A DNA stretch of 64,000 bases from Alphaproteobacteria bacterium (GTDB lineage: Bacteria; Pseudomonadota; Alphaproteobacteria; MPNO01; UBA2964). The position numbers and the translations under genes are program-made. Under the pieces are notes generated by a model, which was not told the origin of the DNA, ran no database searches, and was given only the letters and a program-made list of their open reading frames with translations. The stretch is taken from positions 2,591 through 66,590 of the forward strand of contig WHUE01000010.1 in the NCBI GenBank assembly GCA_009377375.1. The letters run 5' to 3'. Each line of letters opens with the position of its first letter. Position 1 is the stretch's first letter. Shown here piece by piece: positions 39,683-48,928 of the stretch.

Positions 39683-42070
39683 TTACACCTTGCCGAGCGC
39701 CCGGAGCACCGCTTCCGGCGTCATCGGCTGGCAGGTGACGCGGGCCTTGAACGGCCTGAGCGCGTCGTTGACGGCGTTCATCACCACGGCGGGCGCGGCG
39801 CCGGTGCCGGATTCGCCGACGCCCTTGGCGCCGAGATCGGAGATCGTCGTCGGGTTCTGCACATGAGCGACCTCGATATCCGGCATCTCGAACGCCATAG
39901 GCACGCGGTAATCCGCCAAGGTCCCGTTCTGGAGCTGGGCCGCGTCGTCGTAGATGCAGTGCTCGTACAGCGCGCCGCCAAGCCCCTGCACGCAGCCGCC
40001 GCGCACCTGCTCATCGGCGAGCATCGGGTTGATGACGCGGCCGCAATCCTCCACCACCCAGTGCTTCAGCAGCTTGATGAAGCCGGTGTCGGGATCGACC
40101 TCCAGATAGGCGCCGTGGATGCCGTTGGTGAAGATGTAGAGATCGTCGGTCAGCCGGAAGCGCCGTGTCGCCGACAGCACCGGCTTCACGTCGTTGGGCA
40201 GCTCCGCCACCTGGAAATGCCCGATGCGGCCGATCTCCGACAGCGGGATGCGCGGGGTCTCCGTGCCGGCATCGACCACGATGCCGTCGACGATATCCAG
40301 CGTCGCCGGCTCCGCCTGCAACAGCACGCCCGCGAGCACGAGAATCTCGGCGCGCAGCGCGAGCGCGGCCTGATAGGTGGCCTCGCCGCCGATGGCGGTG
40401 GCGCGGGACGCGTAGGTGCCGCCGCCATAGGGCACTGCGTCGGTGTCGCCGGAAATGACGCGGATGCTCTCCATCGACACGCCTAGCGCATTGGCGGCGA
40501 TCTGGCCCATGACGGTGTCGACGCCCTGGCCCTGGTCGGTGACGCCGACCATGCACAGCACCCCGCCGGAGGGCTCCAGCTTGATGGTGCAGGCGTCCTG
40601 CGACGCGATGGGCGCGCCGCCGATGCCGTAATAGCCGCTCGGCCCCGGCGCCGTTCCCTTGATGAAGGCGGCGATGCCGATGCCGCGATGGATGCCCTGC
40701 CTGCGCAGCACCGCCTGCTCGGCGCGGAGCGCGTCGTAATCCATCCGCTTCATCAGCTCGTCGATGCAGGCGGTGTGCGACATGTCCTGCAGCTTGATGC
40801 CGGCGGCGATGGTGGTGGGGAACGCCTCGTCCGGAATCACATTGCGGCGGCGGAACTCCACAGGGTCCTGGCCCACCGCCTCGGCGGCCAGGTCGACCAG
40901 CGCCTCGCCCACCGAGTTGCCGATGGGGTGGCCGACGGCGCGGTACTGCGAGGTCGGCACCTTGTTCATGTAAACGACCGTCGCCCGCGCCCGGTATTCC
41001 TTGTGGTTGTACGGCCCGGCGGTGATGTTGAGGATCTGGTTGGCCTCGAACACGCTGGTCCGCGGATACTGCGAATAGGCGCCCGCCCCGGACAGCACGT
41101 CGATATCCACCGCCTGGATCACACCCTCCTTCGACAGCGCGATGCGCCCCTTCACCCGGTTCTCGCGCGCGTGGATGTCGGAGACGAAGCTTTCCAGCCG
41201 GTCGGCGATGAACTTCACCGGGCGGCCGAGCGCCATCGCCGCGGCGGTCGCCGCGACCTCGTCGCCGAAGGTGTGGATCTTCAGCCCGAACGAGCCGCCG
41301 ACATCGGGCGCGACGATGCGCACGTTGTGCTCCGGCACGCCGAGGGTGCGGGCGAACACCGCCTGGATCATGTGCGGGCACTGGCTGGAGGTCCAGATGG
41401 TCAGCCGCTGCGTGCCCTTGTCGTAATCGGCCAGCAGCGCGCGCGGCTCGAGGCTGACCGCGGTATGCCGGCCGAACTCGAACGTCTCCTCGATCACGAT
41501 GTCGGCGTTCGCGAAGGCCTCGTCCACCTTGCCGGTATCGATGGTCTTGCGGAAGGCGAGGTTGTCGGCGATCGCCGGATGCACCACCGGCCCGCCTGGC
41601 CGGAGCGCGGTCTCCTTCTCCGCCACGGGCGGCAGCGGCTCCCATTCGATCTCGACCAGCTCGCAGGCGTCCTCCGCCTCGGCGCGGGTCTCGGCCACCA
41701 CCATGACCACCGGCTCGCCGTGCCAGACGGCGAGGTCCACCGCCATCGGATATTGCGGCGCGGATTTCATGCCGTCGAAGCAGGTGAGCGTGCCGACCCA
41801 GGGTTCAGTGCAGCGCTCGGCGAGCTCCGCTCCCGTCATCACCAGCAGCACGCCCGGCTGTTCCTTCGCCGCCGCCGTGTCGATGCGCATGATGCGCGCC
41901 TTGGCGTAGGGGCTGCGCACGAAGGCCGCATGGGCGGTGCGCGGCATCAGCACGTCGTCGGTGTACTGTCCGCGTCCGGCGACGGCGCGCCGCGCGCGGC
42001 TGCGCGTCAGGTTGCGCCCGATATACGAGTTGGGCCGTTCCAGCCGGATCAGGTCTTCCTTGGTCGCCAT
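39683..42070 (-). CDS. xanthine dehydrogenase-family molybdopterin-binding large subunit (CoxL/aldehyde oxidase-like)
   Basis: 795 aa starting MATKEDLIRLERPNS. It lacks the CODH active-site loops (AYRCSFR / AYRGAGR). The first 177 codons of ORF 39683..42601 are an artefact overlapping the 2Fe-2S gene. Confidence 0.9.
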   Translation of the reverse strand: MATKEDLIRLERPNSYIGRNLTRSRARRAVAGRGQYTDDVLMPRTAHAAFVRSPYAKARIMRIDTAAAKEQPGVLLVMTGAELAERCTEPWVGTLTCFDGMKSAPQYPMAVDLAVWHGEPVVMVVAETRAEAEDACELVEIEWEPLPPVAEKETALRPGGPVVHPAIADNLAFRKTIDTGKVDEAFANADIVIEETFEFGRHTAVSLEPRALLADYDKGTQRLTIWTSSQCPHMIQAVFARTLGVPEHNVRIVAPDVGGSFGLKIHTFGDEVAATAAAMALGRPVKFIADRLESFVSDIHARENRVKGRIALSKEGVIQAVDIDVLSGAGAYSQYPRTSVFEANQILNITAGPYNHKEYRARATVVYMNKVPTSQYRAVGHPIGNSVGEALVDLAAEAVGQDPVEFRRRNVIPDEAFPTTIAAGIKLQDMSHTACIDELMKRMDYDALRAEQAVLRRQGIHRGIGIAAFIKGTAPGPSGYYGIGGAPIASQDACTIKLEPSGGVLCMVGVTDQGQGVDTVMGQIAANALGVSMESIRVISGDTDAVPYGGGTYASRATAIGGEATYQAALALRAEILVLAGVLLQAEPATLDIVDGIVVDAGTETPRIPLSEIGRIGHFQVAELPNDVKPVLSATRRFRLTDDLYIFTNGIHGAYLEVDPDTGFIKLLKHWVVEDCGRVINPMLADEQVRGGCVQGLGGALYEHCIYDDAAQLQNGTLADYRVPMAFEMPDIEVAHVQNPTTISDLGAKGVGESGTGAAPAVVMNAVNDALRPFKARVTCQPMTPEAVLRALGKV

Positions 42071-42075
42071 CGCGG

Positions 42076-42567
42076 TCAGCCCTCCAGCCGCTGCCTGAGC
42101 GTGGCCTCCACCGCATCCACGATGGCGTGGTAGCCGGTGCAGCGGCAGAAATTCCCCGACAGGAATTCGCGGATCTGCTCGCGGCTCGCCGGCCGGCCGC
42201 TTGCCAGAAGCTCCGCCGCCGTCATCAGCATGCCCGGGGTGCAGAAGCCGCATTGCAGCGCGTTGCGGGCGACGAAATTCTCCTGAAGGTCGGCGACCTC
42301 CTCGCTGTCGGTCAGCCCCTCGATGGTCACGATCTCGGCGCCGTCGGCCTGCACCGCCAGCATCAGGCAGCCGCGCACCACCACCCCGCCGACCCGCACC
42401 GAGCAGGCGCCGCAGATGCCGTGCTCGCAGCCGAGATGCGATCCGGTGAGCTGCAACTCGCCGCGCAGGAAATCCACCAGATGCTGGCGCACCCGCACGG
42501 TCCGGGTGACGCGCTCGCCGTTCACCGTGCAGGTGATCTCGGCGGTGTCTTCGGTGTTCATGGTCAT
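42076..42567 (-). CDS. (2Fe-2S)-binding small subunit (CoxS-like)
   Basis: 163 aa with CEHGICGAC and CGFCTPG / CRCTGY cluster motifs; it is the C-terminal part of ORF 42076..43599. Confidence 0.9.
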   Translation of the reverse strand: MTMNTEDTAEITCTVNGERVTRTVRVRQHLVDFLRGELQLTGSHLGCEHGICGACSVRVGGVVVRGCLMLAVQADGAEIVTIEGLTDSEEVADLQENFVARNALQCGFCTPGMLMTAAELLASGRPASREQIREFLSGNFCRCTGYHAIVDAVEATLRQRLEG

Positions 42568-42569
42568 CG

Positions 42570-43439
42570 CTACGCCGCCCTTGCCTGCGCCACGGCCGCA
42601 TCCAGCGCGCGCCCGGTGAGCACGCGTTGCAGATGCAGCTTCATCGCGGCGCCGCCGTCCAGATTGGTCATCGGGTCCAGGTCGTCCGTCAGCGCGCCGA
42701 TGACGGCCGCGCGCGTCCCGTCGTTCCAGGCCTTGCCGGCCAGCGCCGCCATCGCGCCCTTCGCCAGCCGGGGCCGGTCCTCGCTGGCGAAATAGACCAG
42801 CCGTGCATCCGCAACCGTGTCGCCCTCGATCCGCGCATGACACGCGAGACCCGCGATGGCGAAATCGCCGTGGCGCTGGGCCAGCTCCAGGAACACCGAC
42901 ACCGTGCCCGGCGCTTCCGTCGGGACGCGCACCTCTACCAGGATCTCGTCCGGCTCGCGCGCGGTCTCGTACAGGCCCCTGAAGAAATCCTCCGCCGCGA
43001 TCTCGCGCCGCCCGCGCGCGCCGGCGACCACCAGCGTTCCGCCGAGGGCGAGCACGCAGGCCGGCATCTCGGCGGCGGGGTCGGCCAGCGCCACGCTGCC
43101 GCCGAACGTGCCGCGGTTGCGCACCGCGACATGGGCGACATGCGGCATCGCCGCCGCGATCAGCGGCAGGCGCGCCGCGATCACTGGCGATTCCGCGACC
43201 TCGGCATGGCGGGCCAGCGCGCCGATGCGGACCGCGCCGTCCCCGGCCGATATGCCCTTCAGCATGTCGAGCCGGTTGATGTCGATCAGGATCGCCGGCT
43301 GCGACAGGCGCATGTTCAGCGTCGGGATCAGGCTCTGCCCGCCCGCCAGGATGCGCGCGTCCTCGCCGTACTGTTTCAGAAGCTCGAAGACCTGCTCCAG
43401 GCTTTCCGCCCGGACGTAGCTGAACCTGGGCGCCTTCAC
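42570..43439 (-). CDS. FAD-binding medium subunit (CoxM-like) of the molybdenum hydroxylase
   Basis: 289 aa of FAD_binding_5 / CO_deh_flav_C-like sequence; 2 nt upstream of the small-subunit gene. Confidence 0.85.
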   Translation of the reverse strand: MKAPRFSYVRAESLEQVFELLKQYGEDARILAGGQSLIPTLNMRLSQPAILIDINRLDMLKGISAGDGAVRIGALARHAEVAESPVIAARLPLIAAAMPHVAHVAVRNRGTFGGSVALADPAAEMPACVLALGGTLVVAGARGRREIAAEDFFRGLYETAREPDEILVEVRVPTEAPGTVSVFLELAQRHGDFAIAGLACHARIEGDTVADARLVYFASEDRPRLAKGAMAALAGKAWNDGTRAAVIGALTDDLDPMTNLDGGAAMKLHLQRVLTGRALDAAVAQARAA

Positions 43440-43637
43440 ACCCTATCCCCCATTCGCGGTTGCAGGGAAAACCCCGACGACTATACGCGCATGGTTCCAC
43501 CAACGCCGCCGGGGGCGCAAGTCCCTCGCGTCGTTTTATCGCATGAAATCCGGTCGCCGGGGCCGGCGGTTGCCAATACCCCCGCGGCAGGGACATCATG
43601 AGCCCCGATCACAGGCATGACCAGCAGGAGGCCCCGC

Positions 43638-45071
43638 GTGGCGAACAAGGATCTACGGGACTGGATCAAGGCGGTCGAGGCGGCCGGCGAGATGACGCAT
43701 ATCAGCGGCGCCGACACGGCGGAGGAGATCGGCGGCATCGTCGACCTTTACCAGCGCAAGATGGGCAATCCCGCGGTGCTGTTCGACGAGGTGCCCGGAT
43801 ACAGGAAGGGCTTCCGCGTCCTGTCCAACATCGTCACCTCGGTGCCGCGCATCAACGTCGCGCTGGGCCTGCCGCCGGAGGCGTCCGAGATGGAGCTGAT
43901 CCACTGGTGGCGCGACTACATGCGCGAGAAGCCGTCCTTCGAGCCGAGGGAGGTGAACGGCGGACCGCTGCTGGAGAACGTGACCGAGGGCGACGCCGTC
44001 GATATCGGCACGATCCCGACGCCCAAATGGCACGAGCATGACGGCGGCCCTTTCATCGGCACCGCCTGCATCGTGGTGATGAAGGACCCCGACTCCGGCT
44101 GGATCAACTGCGGCACCTATCGCATTCAGTCGCACGCGCCTCGCCTCGCCTCGGTGATGATGTCGCCTGGCAAGCACGGGCTGATCATCATGCGGCGCTG
44201 GCACGAGCGCGGCGAGGCCTGCCCGGTCGCGGTGGTGGTGGGGATGCACCCGTCGCTGTTCATGCTGGGCGGGCTGGAAGTGCCCTATGGCCAGAGCGAG
44301 CTGGCGGCGGCGGGCGGCATCCTGGGCGAGCCGCTGGAGGTCATCAACATGCCGCGCACCGGGCTGCCGGTGCCGGCCAACGCCGAGATCGCCTTCGAAG
44401 GCTACATCCATCCGGACGACCTGGTGGAGGAGGGGCCGCTCGGCGAATGGACCGGCTACTACGCCGGCGGCCAGCGCAAGGAGCCGGCGATCCGCATCGA
44501 GACGATGGTGCACCGCGACAACCCGGTGCTGATGGGCGCGGTGCCCGCCGTGCCGCCGAACGACAACACGTTCTATCTCGGCACCTATCGCTGCGGCGCG
44601 GTGTGGAACCAGCTCGAGGCCGCCGGCATTCCGGAGATCAGGGGCGTCTGGGCGCATGAGGCCGGCGGGAGCCGGTTCTGGCTCACCGTCTCCATCAAGC
44701 AGATGTACGGCGGGCATTCGAAGCAGGCGGGCATGGTCGCCTCGCACTGCCACGCGGGGGCCTACTGCAACCGCTGGACCATCGTGGTCGACGAGGACAT
44801 CGATCCGGTCAACGTCAACGATGTCATCTGGGCGATGTCGACCCGGTTCGATCCGCGCGAGGACCTGGACGTCATCCATGGCGGGTGGAGCTCCCATCTC
44901 GACCCGATGTGCTACGACGGCGACAGCGACCGTCGCAATTCGCGCGTCGTCATCGACGCCTGCAAGCCGTGGAAGCAGAGGGACACGTTCCCCGCCGTCG
45001 CCCGTTCCAGCCGCGAACTCGACGACCGCATCCGCGCTAAATGGGCGGATTTCCTGCCGAAGGGGATTTGA
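43638..45071 (+). CDS. UbiD-family (prFMN-dependent) decarboxylase, paralog 2
   Basis: Clear UbiD fold, only modestly similar to paralog 1. GTG start chosen because AGGAGG lies 7 nt upstream; ATG at 43617 is the alternative. Confidence 0.85.
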   Translation: MANKDLRDWIKAVEAAGEMTHISGADTAEEIGGIVDLYQRKMGNPAVLFDEVPGYRKGFRVLSNIVTSVPRINVALGLPPEASEMELIHWWRDYMREKPSFEPREVNGGPLLENVTEGDAVDIGTIPTPKWHEHDGGPFIGTACIVVMKDPDSGWINCGTYRIQSHAPRLASVMMSPGKHGLIIMRRWHERGEACPVAVVVGMHPSLFMLGGLEVPYGQSELAAAGGILGEPLEVINMPRTGLPVPANAEIAFEGYIHPDDLVEEGPLGEWTGYYAGGQRKEPAIRIETMVHRDNPVLMGAVPAVPPNDNTFYLGTYRCGAVWNQLEAAGIPEIRGVWAHEAGGSRFWLTVSIKQMYGGHSKQAGMVASHCHAGAYCNRWTIVVDEDIDPVNVNDVIWAMSTRFDPREDLDVIHGGWSSHLDPMCYDGDSDRRNSRVVIDACKPWKQRDTFPAVARSSRELDDRIRAKWADFLPKGI

Positions 45072-45199
45072 AAGGCGCACACGTTACGGGTTCGTAAAAA
45101 ACTGTGCCGCGGCGCGTTCCCAGCGGAGAATGTCTCTCGCAGCACGGTTCGATGCCGCTATGATGATTCTCCGTTATCCGCGCAAGGAGACAGGACATC

Positions 45200-45910
45200 A
45201 TGCACAAGCTCGACCTTCACCCGTGGTTCGTAGAGCGCGCCAGGGGGCTGCGCGCCGGACGGTTTAACGCGTATGAGACGATAGAGGGGGCGAAGACCGC
45301 ACTGATCATCGTCGACATGCAGAACTATTTCGTCGACGAGGCGCTGCCGACCAGCACGCCGATGGCGCGGGAGATCGTGCCCAATATCAACCGGCTTGCC
45401 GGAGGGGTGCGCGCCGCGGGCGGACTCGTCGTCTGGATTCAGACGGAGGCGCCGGCCGATCCCGACGACTGGCCCAACCGCATGGAGGCCAGCAGCCCCG
45501 AGGTATGGGCGTTCCGCCAGAAGAGCCTCGCCGTCGACGGCGAAGGCTTCCCCATCTATCGCACCTGCGACGTCCATCCCGAAGACAGCATCGCGATCAA
45601 GTATCGTTACTCCGCATTCATCCCGTACCCGTCCCCGCTGGAAGCCCTGCTGAAGAAGCAGGGGATCGACACGCTGCTCATTACCGGGACCTCGACCAGC
45701 ACGTGCTGCGAATCCACTGCGCGCGACGCCTGCATGTGGGGCTATCGCACGATCATGGTCTCCGACGGCAATGCCGACCAGCAGGACTGGATGCATAACC
45801 ATACGCTCGGCAAGTTCCTCGGTATGTTCGGCGACGTGCAGGCGACCGACGAGGTTATCGAGAAGCTCGAAACGGCAACCGGGCTGGCGGCGAGCGCGGC
45901 GGCGGAATAG
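45200..45910 (+). CDS. isochorismatase-family cysteine hydrolase (maleamate-amidohydrolase-like)
   Basis: 236 aa with isochorismatase-family core motifs (ALIIVDMQNYF..., LLITGTSTSTCCEST). Confidence 0.8.
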   Translation: MHKLDLHPWFVERARGLRAGRFNAYETIEGAKTALIIVDMQNYFVDEALPTSTPMAREIVPNINRLAGGVRAAGGLVVWIQTEAPADPDDWPNRMEASSPEVWAFRQKSLAVDGEGFPIYRTCDVHPEDSIAIKYRYSAFIPYPSPLEALLKKQGIDTLLITGTSTSTCCESTARDACMWGYRTIMVSDGNADQQDWMHNHTLGKFLGMFGDVQATDEVIEKLETATGLAASAAAE

Positions 45911-45938
45911 CTGCCGCGCTCGATCTGTTGCGCCGGCG

Positions 45939-46796
45939 CTATTGCCGGTGCCGCAGCACCCTGCGTTCGAAACGGAAGATCACGACGTACATGACGGTCG
46001 AGATGACCGCGAGAATCGTGATCGCCATCATGGCGAGGTTCATGGCGAAGATCTGGCTGCCGTAGACGATCAGGTAGCCGAGCCCGGCCTTGGACGACTG
46101 GAACTCGCCGACGATCACGCCGACCAGCGACAGCCCCACCATGATCTTCAGCGCCGCGATCATGGTCGGCACGCTTCCCGGCAGCACCACCTTCCTCAGG
46201 ATCTGGGAGCGACTGGCGCCGAAGGTGCGCGCAAGTTTTACCTTGTTGGGATCGACCTCATTGAATCCATTGTAAAGCATGATGGTCGTAATGAAGAGCC
46301 CGACGGCGATCGCGATGCCGTAGATCGAGTACTTGTCGCCCAGCCAGATGTAGAAGATCGGGGCCAGCGCCGTTTTCGGCATCGCGTTTGCGACGACCAT
46401 GAAAGGATCGACCACCTTGTAGGCGAAGCGCGACCACCAGAGCCCGATGGCGAGGGCGATCCCGCCGCCGAAGCCGAAGACGAAGCCGACGATGGTTTCC
46501 TCCACCGTGACCCAGGTGTGATAGAGCAGCTCCCCCTTGCTCAGCATGTCGACGAAGACGGGCCACATCGCCGAGGGGTAGCTTGTCAGCAGCGGATTTA
46601 CCCAGTGAGCGCGGGGCGCGACCTCCCACAGAACGAAGAAGCCCACCAGCGCCGCGATCTGGACGACGCGCACAAGATGCCGTTCGAGGCGGATGCGGCG
46701 CAGATAGGCGGCGTAAAGCGGGCTGGCCTCGGCCGGCGCCGCGTCGGGGGCGGCGTCAGGCGCCGATGTGGATGTCGAGCTCATTCCATATCTCAT
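45939..46796 (-). CDS. ABC transporter permease, NitT/TauT family
   Basis: 6 TM helices with an SsuC/TauC-like EAA loop; the true start may be a few codons inside because of the 41-nt overlap with the ATPase gene. Confidence 0.85.
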   Translation of the reverse strand: MRYGMSSTSTSAPDAAPDAAPAEASPLYAAYLRRIRLERHLVRVVQIAALVGFFVLWEVAPRAHWVNPLLTSYPSAMWPVFVDMLSKGELLYHTWVTVEETIVGFVFGFGGGIALAIGLWWSRFAYKVVDPFMVVANAMPKTALAPIFYIWLGDKYSIYGIAIAVGLFITTIMLYNGFNEVDPNKVKLARTFGASRSQILRKVVLPGSVPTMIAALKIMVGLSLVGVIVGEFQSSKAGLGYLIVYGSQIFAMNLAMMAITILAVISTVMYVVIFRFERRVLRHRQ

Positions 46797-47574
46797 CGAA
46801 ATAGCCGGGAAATTCCTCGGCCTTGCGCAGGTGGAAGGGCGACGGCCGCTTCGGCCCCAGACTCGGAAAGCCGATCTGATGCTCGGCGCGGATGCGGCCC
46901 GGACGGCGGCTCATTACGACGACCCGGTCGGTCATCGTGATCGCTTCCGAGATGTCGTGCGTGACGAGGATGACGGTCTTGCCCTCGCGCCGGAGGATCA
47001 CGCCGACTTCATCGGCGAGGGTAAGCCGCGTCTGATAGTCGAGCGCCGAGAACGGCTCGTCCAGCAGCAGGACGTCGGGTCCGGTGACGAGCGTGCGCGC
47101 CAGCGCCGCCCGCTGCCGCATTCCGCCCGACAGCTGGTTCGGATAATGGTTCATGAAGTCGCCGAGCCCGTAACGGCTCAGAAGATCCTCCCCGCGTTCC
47201 CGCGCGGCCTTCAGGGAGAGACCCTGGATCTCCGGTCCGATCATCACGTTCTCGATAATCGTCCGCCATTCGAACAGGAAATCCGACTGCAGCATGTAGG
47301 CAAGCTTGGGATTGGGCCCGCGAACCGGGACTCCGTCCACCAGGACGTTGCCTTCGGTAGGGGGCATGATGCCGGCGATCAGCGACAGAAGGGTGGACTT
47401 GCCGCAGCCGCTGGGCCCGACGATGCTGACGAACTCCCCGGCCTCGATGCCGAGGTTGATCCGGCGCAAAGCCTCCGTCTCGCCGGACTCGGCGAGATAT
47501 CGGAGCCCGATATCCCGAACCTCCACTTTGGGGGCGCCGTCGCGGACCCCGTTCCTTCGCTCGGTCGGTTTCAT
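46756..47574 (-). CDS. ABC transporter ATP-binding protein, NitT/TauT family
   Basis: Walker A GPSGCGKST, LSGGMRQR signature and Walker B LLLDEPFSALD. Confidence 0.9.
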   Translation of the reverse strand: MKPTERRNGVRDGAPKVEVRDIGLRYLAESGETEALRRINLGIEAGEFVSIVGPSGCGKSTLLSLIAGIMPPTEGNVLVDGVPVRGPNPKLAYMLQSDFLFEWRTIIENVMIGPEIQGLSLKAARERGEDLLSRYGLGDFMNHYPNQLSGGMRQRAALARTLVTGPDVLLLDEPFSALDYQTRLTLADEVGVILRREGKTVILVTHDISEAITMTDRVVVMSRRPGRIRAEHQIGFPSLGPKRPSPFHLRKAEEFPGYFDEIWNELDIHIGA

Positions 47575-47643
47575 TTCTGTTCCGTCGCCTGACCCCCTGC
47601 CCTCCCGCGCCCGGTCCGGCGCGGGAGGGCAGGGGGTGCGGTG

Positions 47644-48666
47644 CTACTGGATCGTCGCCTTGGCCTTGTCCGCGAACTCGGTGGTGACGATATCGGAATA
47701 CTTCACCGTCTTGTCGCGCTTCAGCACCTCGCCCGCGATCAGGATTTCCTGAAATTCCTTCATCGCGCGCTCATAGACCACGGGATCGTTCCGCCACAGA
47801 TCGACGGCGCGATAGCGGTTCACGGTATTTGCGATCTGTTCCGGCGTGACGACGGGGAAGTACTTGACGACGAGTTTGCCCAGCTCCATCGGGTCCGCGG
47901 TCTCGGTGTATTTCTGTGCCCGATAGATCGCATTGGTGAACCCCTGTACGATCTTGGGGTTCTTCTTCATGTAACTTTCGGTCGCCATGAACACCGTGTA
48001 GTCGACTTGGCCGACCTCTGCCCCGACCGAGCGGAGCACGTACGCCGCGCCGGAGCTTTCGATCCGCGTCAGGTCGGGTTCGGAAAAGATGCCGTAATCG
48101 CCCTTGCCCGTCAGCCAGGCGCCCATCCGCGCGGGCACCGCGATATTGGTGATGTTGTTGATGTCCTTCTTCGGATCGACGCCCCCCTTGCGCATGGCGT
48201 ATTCCATGAACAGCTCCGGCGTGGAGCCCGGCCGCCAGCCGAGGACGGTCGATCCCTTGATCGACGGCCACGTAAATTCCTCCGGCTTCATCGGCTTGCG
48301 GGAGACGAAGAAGTTGGTCGAGGTTGCCGTCAACGAGCAGAAGATTTTCATCTTCTCGGGGGACTCGCTGTTCATCACGTAGATCGCCGTTTCCGGCCCC
48401 ACCAGCGTGATGTCGGCATTGCCGGAAAGCATGATGGCGGTTGCCTTGTGGCCGCCCTGCGCGGTGCTGAGGCTGATCTCGAGTCCCTCGTCCTTGAAGA
48501 ACCCTTTCTCTATGGCGACGTAGCTCGGCAGATAGGCGAGATTGCGTACGACCTCGACATAGCGGATCTTCGTCTGAGCATATGCGGAGGGGGCGGTGGA
48601 CAGCATCGAAATGCCGGCGACGAGGCCGATCGCCGAGAGGAATTTTAGGGGTGTGCGCGCGGACAT
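47644..48666 (-). CDS. ABC transporter substrate-binding protein, NMT1/THI5-like (sulfonate/nitrate/HMP class)
   Basis: Signal peptide MSARTPLKFLSAIGLVAGISMLSTAPSAYA; 340 aa; first gene of the SBP-ATPase-permease operon. Confidence 0.85.
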   Translation of the reverse strand: MSARTPLKFLSAIGLVAGISMLSTAPSAYAQTKIRYVEVVRNLAYLPSYVAIEKGFFKDEGLEISLSTAQGGHKATAIMLSGNADITLVGPETAIYVMNSESPEKMKIFCSLTATSTNFFVSRKPMKPEEFTWPSIKGSTVLGWRPGSTPELFMEYAMRKGGVDPKKDINNITNIAVPARMGAWLTGKGDYGIFSEPDLTRIESSGAAYVLRSVGAEVGQVDYTVFMATESYMKKNPKIVQGFTNAIYRAQKYTETADPMELGKLVVKYFPVVTPEQIANTVNRYRAVDLWRNDPVVYERAMKEFQEILIAGEVLKRDKTVKYSDIVTTEFADKAKATIQ

Positions 48667-48928
48667 CTGACGTCTCCTCGAAAGTTTCGTGTCGCCCCGT
48701 CATGCGACGGGTTACGAATCCTCATTACGGAAGCACGCTGCAATGCAAAAGCTGTGCCAACGGTGGAGAGCACAAGCCTGCGAGGCTGACAGCCGATCTC
48801 GGCATTCTGTGGCAGCCGAAAAGAAACATTCAGCACAAGCAATAGGCATCCTGCCGCACGGCTAAGCAGCAACGCAAGGCGTAACGGACACGCCGGTCAG
48901 GGCGTCCGGCTGTCTTCCCGCGGTCCGC

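Noticed and set aside
39683-42601. N-terminal 177-codon extension of the Mo-subunit ORF
   Set aside because: It overlaps the 2Fe-2S subunit gene in another frame and is Arg-rich. The XDH-family homology begins at MATKEDL (42070).
48667-48928. TPP riboswitch upstream of the NMT1/THI5-like transporter
   Set aside because: No conserved TPP aptamer sequence elements were found by eye. This needs an Rfam scan to be definitive.
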